From contig NC_068988.1 of NCBI RefSeq assembly GCF_001194135.2, positions 48,762,215 through 48,796,594 on the forward strand: a stretch of DNA of 34,380 bases. Direction: 5' to 3'. The notes under the pieces are model-generated. The model worked only from the letters and a program-made list of their open reading frames with translations. It was not told the DNA's origin and did not search any database. The position numbers and the translations under genes were made by a program. Below, one piece after another: positions 23,985-34,380 of this stretch; the first letter of the stretch is position 1; each line of letters begins with the position of its first letter. The DNA is from Octopus bimaculoides. Its lineage: Eukaryota.

Positions 23985-24390
23985 TGAAGTTGAAGTTGAA
24001 AATCGAAAGCGAGGTGCATTGATGATGAAAAAAGATGGTCAAACGAAGCTCATTTAATCACTGATATTGCATATCCTGGTGATGGCAGAGTATCGGAAAA
24101 GGAATTACTCCGATCAGATACGAATATTACATATGGGGTAATGAAGTAGGTAAGTGTTAATTTTTTCATTGAACCTCCGATACTATAAATGCCAAACTCT
24201 CAAATTTCATTGGAAAGATAGGTGTAAATAGGAAGTTAAAGAATTTGCAAATAATAGTGTTGCTTAGAACTGCACAAAGCCCCCACAAAATTCTAGAAAT
24301 CTAAATGAAATATAGTATCTTAATCCACCGGTTGTGGACAGCTAACACATCGCTACATTCTGCTGCGAAGTTTATGCTAAACAAGATAAA
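23985..24390 (+). mobile_element. Old 3' fragment of an R4/Dong-like LINE
   Basis: EVENRK, ITDIAYPGDGRVSEKE, LQIIVLLRTAQSPHKILEI* correspond to the C-terminus of 10564-10920; 3' UTR GGTTGTGGACAGCTAACAC resembles GGTAGTGAACAGCTGACAC. Confidence 0.7.
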
Positions 24391-24638
24391 TATTAAGAAG
24401 GATTGCAATAATAAACATTGGTAGCGTAAAAAAAATATGACAGCATTTAAATAACTCGCAGCAACTGCTGTCTTCTGCATGATGCCGATACAGAATCCAA
24501 AAGCAATATAACTTGTTTGTCGGCCTGCTGCTGGTGGAACGGTCGTATTTTGCTTTATGTTTCATTTATATTCATACATATGTAGACATATAAACATATA
24601 TTTTTTAGATATGCTCAAATATGTATACATACATATGT

Positions 24639-24686
<48 letters not shown>

Positions 24687-25258
24687 NNNNNNNNNNNNNN
24701 NNNNNNNNNNNNNNNNNNNNNNNNNNNNNNNNNNNNNNNNNNNNNNNNNNNNNNNNNNNNNNNNNNNNNNNNNNNNNNNNNNNNNNNNNNNNNNNNNNNN
24801 NNNNNNNNNNNNNNNNNNNNNNNNNNNNNNNNNNNNNNNNNNNNNNNNNNNNNNNNNNNNNNNNNNNNNNNNNNNNNNNNNNNNNNNNNNNNNNNNNNNN
24901 NNNNNNNNNNNNNNNNNNNNNNNNNNNNNNNNNNNNNNNNNNNNNNNNNNNNNNNNNNNNNNNNNNNNNNNNNNNNNNNNNNNNNNNNNNNNNNNNNNNN
25001 NNNNNNNNNNNNNNNNNNNNNNNNNNNNNNNNNNNNNNNNNNTATATATGTATATATATATATATATATATACATATATATAATGTATATATGTATATAT
25101 GTATGTACATACATCTATATATATACATATATATGTGTGCGTGTATGTGTACATATTTAATATGTATGGGTATAAAAATATATACATTATAAATATGCAT
25201 GGATATGCACACATACATCTACATATATACATACTTACAAATAGACGCAGCAATTCAA

Positions 25259-25309
<51 letters not shown>

Positions 25310-25667
25310 TACACGCATGCGCACACACACATGCGCGCGCGCACGTATGTATCTTTATATATTTTAATTTATGCGAGAAAAATTTCTATAGAACGTTGCG
25401 AGGTAACTGTGTGAATGATGTATTGCAGATATTCAGGTATATATTCTGCTTGCGTGGGGATGAGGAAGTGTGTGTGTGAGTGTGAGTGTAAGGGGCGGGG
25501 TGCTTTGATTTGTGAGCTTCTAAGTGTGGTTATGTCCGTGTATCTCCATAAGTTCCCGTTTCGTTTGGATGTGTATCTATATGAACTAGTCCACATTTGA
25601 TTTCATGCATGTATCTTGAGATGTATATATGCTTATGAACAATACATACCTATATATACATACACAC

Positions 25668-25707
<40 letters not shown>

Positions 25708-26249
25708 GTATGTACGTATGTATTTATTATATACGTGTGATTTTTGTTACTGTATGCGTGTCTATTGTACGTAGGTCTGCATGAATGAGTTAATTTTACA
25801 CTGAACCGAGTTTGTGCTTGGTATACCTACTTGATTAATATTGTATACATATGATATATGCTTTATTTATTGTATGTGCCTCTTAGGTGTGTTATGTGCA
25901 CAGGTATGTATGTTTTTTTTTTGTTTTTTTTTACTCTACCTGCATGTTGTGAGCTGATACGCTTATGTCTGTCTCTATAAATATGTGTTATGTACATTTG
26001 TGTAACTGATTTCAGAAGTGTGGATTTGTACTCATATGTCTGTATGTCAGTGGAAGCATGTGAATTAATACGTATGTACATAAGATATAACTGTCTTGAA
26101 GTACGTGGGTATATGCATATGCATGTGCGTCTATAAATGTATATGTGTGTATACATACATACACGCATATATATCTATACACACACACATACAGCCATAT
26201 CGATATATATATCGATATATATATATATATATCAACACGTGCATAAATA

Positions 26250-26459
26250 GGAATGGGTACTGAAAAATTCCCGATCTGGGGTAAAAGAAAATACAGGCAG
26301 ATCAGCTGATTTTGATTTTATTAAACATATTCACATCAGAGATATGCAAATATACTGCAGCGGTTCTTCAGTTTCTCTAAGCATTGTAAAGGGGATTTTC
26401 CCCTCCAGCCAGGCCTTTCGCGATACCCTTAAAGCTAGGAACATTTCAGCACCCGTTCG
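26250..26459 (-). mobile_element. Second, more diverged copy of the mariner-derived MITE
   Basis: GGGTACTGAAAAATTCCCG..GTAAAAGAAAATACAGG..CTGCAGCGGTTCTTCAG..AAAGCTAGGAACATTTCAGCACCCGTTCG-TA. Confidence 0.8.
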
Positions 26460-26599
26460 TATATATACATGTATACTCTTTAGTATGTATGCATGTAAAC
26501 CTATATATGTGTATCTGTATAGTAGTGAGATTTTGTAATTTTTATCATTTTTATCCTTCCTTATCTGTTGCATTCAGTAGAAGTAATCCAACTTAACCA

Positions 26600-26960
26600 T
26601 GTTACCAGTGACATGAAAAAAGCAATCCCGGGAATTCACAGTAATCGAATAATATTTCGAACGCTACTAAACAATGATTACATAATAATTTTGTATAGTA
26701 TTTTACAGCGACCCGATTATCTCAACATCTTTTCTAGATCTCCCCCGACATTAGGTAACTCACTTCCCGCTATTGGAGAATGGGAGGAGATAACATTTTG
26801 CAAATAGTCATGTCATAAGCAGCTTCATATTGCTGGAGAGTAGAAATGATGTTCTACATCTAGAAAACTTATCAAATGGATTATTTTATCTGTTACATCA
26901 GTGATATAGATATAAGTGAGTGGCACGTATGTATTATGAAAGAGATTACTATGGCTACAT
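26600..26960 (+). mobile_element. Possible Penelope-like RT-to-endonuclease linker fragment
   Basis: KKAIP...SILQRPDYLNIFSRSPPTL resembles the PLE linker IP...Y..W.ILQ.D..L..IF..PP; later FYLL resembles the VIYLL motif. Weak. Confidence 0.3.
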
Positions 26961-27535
26961 AATAACAACGAAAAATAAGAAAAAAAATATTCACAATATT
27001 AAAATTAGAAACGAATTAGAGAATAGCTGATAGTGCACTCATCATCATCATCATAGCTATTCATCATTTTCGCACAAATAGACTCAGATATAAACAGTAA
27101 AAAACGAGGAGCATTTGTGCATCTCTGCCCTATGTACCTACTTGAAAAGACGTCTCAATGCTAATACAGCAGCATTCGACGCTCTAACAAGACGTCCACT
27201 TTAGAGTTACCTCTTAATATTGATAGTACTCCCATGGCTAATAATAATATCTTTAAAAGCTTGCTTGCTATTTTCGACATGTTTAATTGAAAAGACGCTG
27301 AAATTCTATGTCATGGCAGCTAGATTTGGCTGGTATCCGGTGCCCAGACGAAGGCCAAATCACGTAATCTGGCGGTGCCGGCAACCATCAGAGGCAATTC
27401 TCGCCTGCTACTATTTATGTATGTATGTTATGCACCTTGTGCCGATGGAAGGTCTGTCTAGTCTCTAGTACCGCAGTATTCGGGGCTCTAACAAGACATA
27501 CACGTTGAGTTTAATAGTGTTTTGCTAATAATTAT

Positions 27536-27576
<41 letters not shown>

Positions 27577-27608
27577 AACACACACACACGCACACACACA
27601 CACACACA

Positions 27609-27628
<20 letters not shown>

Positions 27629-27654
<26 letters not shown>

Positions 27655-27722
27655 ATTCCAAGAGAGTTAGNNNNNNNNNNCACACACACACATATATATA
27701 TATATAATTCCAAGAGAGTTAG
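27629..27722. repeat. 42-bp overlap duplicated on both sides of a 10-N gap (27671-27680); assembly artefact
   Basis: (CA)n(TA)nATTCCAAGAGAGTTAG ends the left contig and starts the right contig. Confidence 0.85.
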
Positions 27723-28282
27723 AGGTTGTGAATCCAACCAAATAAGGGTAATATCTATCCAATATACTGCTGGTAGAATACTCAATTATTAATACACAAG
27801 TGTTTTTTTTTTATTGCGTAGCAGTTGCACTACTGATCCATGTAATAAATGGATGAGGGTAAAAAGTTGTTTTACCCTTAATTTATACGGCAGTAAGAAA
27901 ATGTAGGGGATTAAGAGGTGGTATTCATCAACTTTTAGACATTATATTATGTCTATTTATTTATTTCACAAAAAAACAATTATAACAATATACAGACATA
28001 TATGACATATGCTTTACATATATAAAAATACCAGTAATTATTAAAATATATATGTTCTACGACTACATATATACCCAGTATCATATACTATCCAAACGCA
28101 CACATACCGAAGTTATCTAATATACTGATGGCACATTTCATTTCCCTATTTTTTCTATTGATAATTTGTCATGTTTATTGGATCAGCTGGAACTTTCGGA
28201 GTGCCAGTACCAGATCATTAAAAGTTCACTTTTAAAAAAGCATATGCACAACTCTACAAAAAATATCACAGAAGGTATTCAT

Positions 28283-28492
28283 TTCTACTCTAGGCACAAG
28301 GCTCAAAATTAAGGGAGAGGAGGCCAGTCGATTAGATCGACCCCAGTACACAACTGCTACTTAATTTATCGATCCGGAAAATATGAAAGGCAAAGTCGAC
28401 CTCGGAGAATTTTGAATTCAGAACGTAAAGACAGACAAAATAACTCTGAGCGTTTCGCTCGACGTGCTAACGTTTCTGCCAGCTCACCGCCT
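28283..28492 (-). mobile_element. tRNA-derived SINE, same family as 16104-16319
   Basis: Reverse complement AGGCGGTGAGCTGGCAGAAACGTTAGCACG..TTCTGAATTCAAAATTCTCCGAGGTCGACTTTGCCTTTCAT..CTTGTGCCTAGAGTAGAAA. Confidence 0.85.
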
Positions 28493-28646
28493 TTCATGAG
28501 GGCCGGCTTCCCGGTTTCAATGGCATATATATTCTCCACCTGGACGGGACGCCCGTCCATCACAAGATTACTCATTTTTGCCGGCTGAGTGGACTGGAGC
28601 AACGTGAAATGAAGTGTTTTGCTCAAGAACACAACGCGTCGTCCGG
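28493..28646 (-). mobile_element. 5'-truncated SINE of a different (CORE/V-like) family
   Basis: Reverse complement GTTGTGTTCTTGAGCAAAACACTTCATTTCACGTTGCTCCAGTCCACTCAGC..GATGGACGGGCGTCCCGTCCAGG resembles CORE- and V-domain SINE bodies; domain name is inference. Confidence 0.65.
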
Positions 28647-29161
28647 AATATCTCAGAAGATATTGTAGTAGAATTTAAACAGGCAAAATTAAATTTCATC
28701 TGTCAATGGCCTACAAGCATTCTTGGGAAGAATAGTTTTCTCAACAATATACATAAGAAGTAGAGACATGACATGTTGCTATCTTAATATTTATAGAAAT
28801 ATAAGAAATAATTTACTGAATTAAAGAGGTTGGTGAGTTCTTCGTGAAAGAGTTGCATTCATTTCCAATGTTGAAGCCTTTGCAGAAAGAGAGAATGAGA
28901 GAGGGAGAAATGGAAAGCGAAACGCATGAATGCCACAGATTCTTTTGTTTCTATTTCGTAACCATTCTCTGCACATTTACATTTGTATGAATAAAATCAA
29001 TACATTCAAATTGTGTTCTTTGAACAAAAGCAGTTCAGAAATAACTTCCACATATGCACCCTAATAAGAATATATAAATACACACACACACACAGACACA
29101 CACAGACACACAAACACACAAATATATATTTACATGTGTATATGAACATATATATGCAAAA

Positions 29162-29202
<41 letters not shown>

Positions 29203-29207
29203 CATCT

Positions 29208-29250
<43 letters not shown>

Positions 29251-29685
29251 TTCATATTTGAATAGATTTCTCTCTCTCTATCTCTCACACTGAGTATGTA
29301 TGGGTATGTATGCATGTGTGTGTGTGTATGTGTGCATATGTGTGTATGAACGCTTAGTTGCCTTCCAACACAGCCATTAATATCACGTATAACAACACGT
29401 TTTGTGGTATTTCAAACTGTAAAACAAATTTTATGAGCAAGGAATATTTCAGCTGTTATAAATTACTATTACTGTAACAATTATAACAATTGTTTTGTTT
29501 GCTATTGTTGTTCTTGTTGTTGCCGCTACCGCTGCAGCTGTTGTTGTTATTCTACAGTTACACATCGTTTATTGAATTGTAAAAGAAAAATATATCTCTA
29601 TTTTGCAACACAAAAATGATTTTTAATGGCAAAATAGATACATAACTTTGGTTTATATTCATATATATACATGCATTGTATATAC

Positions 29686-29740
<55 letters not shown>

Positions 29741-31296
29741 NNNNNNNNNNNNNNNNNNNNNNNNNNNNNNNNNNNNNNNNNNNNNNNNNNNNNNNNNNNN
29801 NNNNNNNNNNNNNNNNNNNNNNNNNNNNNNNNNNNNNNNNNNNNNNNNNNNNNNNNNNNNNNNNNNNNNNNNNNNNNNNNNNNNNNNNNNNNNNNNNNNN
29901 NNNNNNNNNNNNNNNNNNNNNNNNNNNNNNNNNNNNNNNNNNNNNNNNNNNNNNNNNNNNNNNNNNNNNNNNNNNNNNNNNNNNNNNNNNNNNNNNNNNN
30001 NNNNNNNNNNNNNNNNNNNNNNNNNNNNNNNNNNNNNNNNNNNNNNNNNNNNNNNNNNNNNNNNNNNNNNNNNNNNNNNNNNNNNNNNNNNNNNNNNNNN
30101 NNNNNNNNNNNNNNNNNNNNNNNNNNNNNNNNNNNNNNNNNNNNNNNNNNNNNNNNNNNNNNNNNNNNNNNNNNNNNNNNNNNNNNNNNNNNNNNNNNNN
30201 NNNNNNNNNNNNNNNNNNNNNNNNNNNNNNNNNNNNNNNNNNNNNNNNNNNNNNNNNNNNNNNNNNNNNNNNNNNNNNNNNNNNNNNNNNNNNNNNNNNN
30301 NNNNNNNNNNNNNNNNNNNNNNNNNNNNNNNNNNNNNNNNNNNNNNNNNNNNNNNNNNNNNNNNNNNNNNNNNNNNNNNNNNNNNNNNNNNNNNNNNNNN
30401 NNNNNNNNNNNNNNNNNNNNNNNNNNNNNNNNNNNNNNNNNNNNNNNNNNNNNNNNNNNNNNNNNNNNNNNNNNNNNNNNNNNNNNNNNNNNNNNNNNNN
30501 NNNNNNNNNNNNNNNNNNNNNNNNNNNNNNNNNNNNNNNNNNNNNNNNNNNNNNNNNNNNNNNNNNNNNNNNNNNNNNNNNNNNNNNNNNNNNNNNNNNN
30601 NNNNNNNNNNNNNNNNNNNNNNNNNNNNNNNNNNNNNNNNNNNNNNNNNNNNNNNNNNNNNNNNNNNNNNNNNNNNNNNNNNNNNNNNNNNNNNNNNTAT
30701 ATATATCGTATGGTTTTATGTGTGAATCTGACCTACTAGTACATCTATTTGTATATTTCAATGGAAAATTGAAATGAAATCGAATCATACTTTCATACAT
30801 GATAATGGTTTAACATCTCAAGGAAAATGTCTACGAAACATTGTTTGTTCGTTGTGGCTATTGATCTCTAAGGTTTTAATGGTCTTTGTCTTACTGAACG
30901 AAGTAGGACTTGATTCTCTTATAACGGCAAGACTTTCAGGCAGTATCTCTCCTATTCCCCTTCTGTGTCAGTATTCCTCTCTCTGGCTTTCATTATTTCC
31001 CCCTCTTGCTCTCTCTCACTTCCCCTGTCACCACGTCTCTGCAGCCACGTTGTTGTTATTACTAATGCTACTTCAATAAAATTGCTAATCTCAAATAATG
31101 CACACGTATGTATGTTCATGTGTGCGGGCGTGTGGGTGTGTGACTGTGTATGAGTGTATGTGTGTGTCTATGCGTACGTGCGTGCGTAACTGTCTATATA
31201 TGTATATATGTGTGTATGTATGTTTGTATGCTTGTATGCGTGTATATGTCTATGAGTATGTTTTACATATATCTATATAAAAACATATACACACAC

Positions 31297-31333
<37 letters not shown>

Positions 31334-33201
31334 AATACATACACACATGCACACACATATATACATATATGTTATATATAATATATATCATATTATATAT
31401 ATTACATGCATGTATATAACTTTATATTATATACATGAGATTAATCAGTGAGAGATTAATAATCCGGGCCAAATACTTTATAAACTCTCTGTTAGTATAC
31501 CAGTCCAACAGTACGGTTTATATTAGTAAAGAACTCCGCGTATTCTTGTGGCAGGATCAGAGATTAGGTTCATCACCATTCTTTATTATAATCCGTGGTT
31601 GTGCTACAGTTATACTGGTTTTTACACTTGGTGATACACAAGACAAGGTTTAAATAAAGGTCTTTATAGATTTTTCTTTATTCCACTAAATTTCACTTAC
31701 AACAGTTTCCAGTGGTCATTATAAGTTCATTATTGATAGGTTTACTTAATTGGTCCATTGATCGTTTGAGACAAATTAAACGACTGTAAAAGATAATATT
31801 ACATTCGTCAGTCATTTCTGGCTATAACAAGGTGTTCTGATTTGTTATAACCATTATTTGGCAGCTAAACTGTACGTCAAGAAATACTAACATATCTGGC
31901 GTAGAATTGTACCTATCAAACTAAAAGTATTTACATTTCAACTGAACTTTATCATACCTGGAAACATTAGGTATGTGTCTGAATCATCGTGCGCCAAAAA
32001 CGTCACAGGTTTTGTTCCATCTAATTCACTATGCTCTTAATATAAATTCCTTCATTTTACTTTTCTGTAGCGGTGTATGTACATGAGTATTTATATATAT
32101 ATATATATATATATNNNNNNNNNNNNNNNNNNNNNNNNNNNNNNNNNNNNNNNNNNNNNNNNNNNNNNNNNNNNNNNNNNNNNNNNNNNNNNNNNNNNNN
32201 NNNNNNNNNNNNNNNNNNNNNNNNNNNNNNNNNNNNNNNNNNNNNNNNNNNNNNNNNNNNNNNNNNNNNNNNNNNNNNNNNNNNNNNNNNNNNNNNNNNN
32301 NNNNNNNNNNNNNNNNNNNNNNNNNNNNNNNNNNNNNNNNNNNNNNNNNNNNNNNNNNNNNNTATATATATATATATATATATCTGTCTAGCAATCTATC
32401 AGTCTGCCTATCTGTCTATCTACCTAAATGTATATATGAGTGTTTATATGTCTATATATGTATATACAGAATATATTTACAATCGTCAAAGACTAAATTA
32501 ATTTGTTGGTAATTAACAACTAAATTAATAACAGCTCGTTAAACTCCTTCAAGTTATTACACTGGAGTAACTCGAAGTGAGGCAAAATTGCATGCATGCT
32601 TGTAAATAGCTAAGGCGTATTTAACATAAATTAAGAAAAAGCTAAATTTTCTCATTAAAAAAACATTTTTTAAAATTTCAATTGTCTATCAAGGTTATGT
32701 TATTTATTCAGCGGCGTTTATCTTAATGAAACGGCTACTGAGCATAACTTAAGAATAAACTATGTGTGAAATATATGCTTTTCTGCTAGATATATGCATT
32801 TAAATATATACACAGATACATTTATACACGCACGAATACTTTGCAAAATGGTTCCTGTTAATACGAATGTTTCGAAACACTTCACATGTACAGATACTAC
32901 GATGATGATGTCCCTTCTTTGGTGATATATGTGGCCGTGTGGAAACAGAATGTTCTTTCTTTGAATCTGGATTTGAATTTAACGTTCCCCCCTAGTCGCT
33001 CAAATAGTATCGTAGGGAAAAGAAGAACCGATGCTTTGGCAGTTTCAACAGACATACACATTCAATATATATATAGACACACATTTATATTTTTCTTATA
33101 CATATATATCTGTGTGTGTGTGTGTGTGTGTATGTGTGTGGACACACATTTATCTTCAACATTATTCATACATACATACCTATATATATGTATATACATA
33201 C

Positions 33202-33247
<46 letters not shown>

Positions 33248-33769
33248 CAAAATGATATAATACCCGAAACATTTTTTTTCATATTCCCTTTTTATATTTC
33301 GTTTCCTACAATCGTACCACCAATTATATATACCGATAAGTGCTTTTTCGCGAAACGCTTATTTCTTATTTCTCGTGTGAAGTTAAAGCTATGATTGCTT
33401 CCAGAACGTATTTCTACATAATTCTGTTTGTAAGTATTTTCTGTTTCACATAAATTTAGCCCCCAAACGTTATCCAATAGTGATTTGTGCTTCATATCAG
33501 CCTCTTTTGTTGCACATATAATTTAGATTACACAAACATTTTATGAAAACCTTTATTTTACTCCGTATGCTTTTTTTTTTCTTATTCTAAAATTTTAGAG
33601 TGACAAAACTGCAATAAATAATAATATTCAACTTTATATCTTCTTACCTTATTTTCCATCTAGAAATGTGTAATTTTTCACACTGTTTTGTGTATGTACT
33701 ACCGTGTATTTAGTTTCATAATTCATGATATTATATGGAATAACAGAAGCACAGTATGGAATAACAGAA

Positions 33770-33998
33770 GCAATATTGTTAGAACAACTCGTAAAATGGC
33801 TTGAATTGATTATTCGAGCTACCTACATCCTGAGTTGAAAACCTGCAGAGGTCAATGCTTCATGAACCCAGTATGGGACGATTGAACAAAACAACAACAA
33901 AAAACACGGCCCAAGTACTAAAGACGATGATAATGATTAACCCATATCCTTCAAAACTGTTGGCATTATGCCTAAATTGGAAGAAATCGTTTCAATAA
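33770..33998 (+). mobile_element. Very decayed SINE related to 16104-16319
   Basis: CCTGAGTTGAAAACCTGCAGAGGTCAA (B-box/central) and CAAAACTGTTGGCATTATGCCTAAATTGGAAG (3' end). Confidence 0.45.
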
Positions 33999-34007
33999 TT
34001 GTGTTTT

Positions 34008-34210
34008 GGATTGGCAGAATCGTTAAAGTGTCAGAAAAAATTTCTTGCATTATTTGTTTCATTTCTTCATATTCTACATTCAAATACCGCAGATGTCGCC
34101 GATCCACCGCCAGTAGTTTGTAAATATAGTATCAGTTTTGTACTGGTATCGGTGTAATCGCGCACATCAAAATTACTCACACATCAAAAGATCTGGCCTT
34201 GGGCCAAGTA
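34008..34210 (+). mobile_element. Decayed SINE related to 16104-16319
   Basis: GATTGGCAGAATCGTTAAAGTGTCAG..TTCAAATACCGCAGATGTC..TACTGGTATCGGTGTAATCG..TGGCCTTGGGCCAA. Confidence 0.55.
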
Positions 34211-34349
34211 TTTCAAGATTGAATACTTCTATCTGTATATGTATGAATATATGCATACATCTGATAGCAAATGATCGATTTTCTCTCTTTCTTTCGCTGT
34301 CTCTCATTCTCACTTTCACTCTCTCCGCTTCACACTCTCTATTTATCTA

Positions 34350-34380
<31 letters not shown>

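Noticed and set aside
26568-26807. 79-aa ORF as a host exon
   Set aside because: Better explained, weakly, as a Penelope linker remnant; no independent support
31770-31812. Minus-strand CTGACGA plus TGTAAA/TTTACA stem
   Set aside because: No GAAA after the stem
31700-32020. Minus-strand exon candidates 31958-32020 (DGTKPVTFLAHDDSDTYLMFP) and ~31700-31782
   Set aside because: Phases are incompatible with each other, one acceptor lacks a pyrimidine tract, and no family is recognised
32886-33060. ORF containing GKRR, as a neuropeptide precursor
   Set aside because: No signal peptide or repeated peptides; runs into microsatellite
110-33394. Long ORFs in the track (IYIY, VCVC, LSIY, poly-R/F/V/I/N, poly-X)
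   Set aside because: Translations of microsatellites and N runs; no protein-family signal
1-34380. CRISPR arrays, prokaryotic operons, rRNA or genuine tRNA genes
   Set aside because: None seen; tRNA-like boxes belong to SINE heads

Overview
Eukaryotic, AT-rich, repeat-dominated DNA from a gappy draft assembly. The SINE/MITE families and the very dense (TA)n/(CA)n/(GATA)n microsatellites suggest an octopus/coleoid cephalopod genome (inference from recognition, not a search). About 3.6 kb is N, in 11 gaps. No intact or recognisable host protein-coding gene was found; nearly all ORFs in the track are translated microsatellites or N runs. The supportable content is decayed mobile DNA: a 5'-truncated R4/Dong-type RLE LINE sitting in a (TAA)n tract plus an older second fragment, two RTE/BovB-like LINE fragments, Penelope-like RT and GIY-YIG fragments, a Tc1/mariner (maT/DD37D-like) transposase pseudogene, two mariner MITEs, a Mutator/foldback-like MITE, a rolling-circle-like repeat in two inverted copies, and several tRNA-derived SINEs. 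The most interesting signal not explained by the ORF track is a pair of type I hammerhead ribozyme motifs with complete catalytic cores and palindromic, dimer-type stem III (5951-6037 minus; 9357-9417 plus). A third, heavily decayed hammerhead-like motif lies inside a ~304-bp tandem duplication (27161-27511). This architecture recalls Penelope-associated ribozymes and non-LTR retrozymes. All calls come from manual reading and translation; none has been validated by computation.
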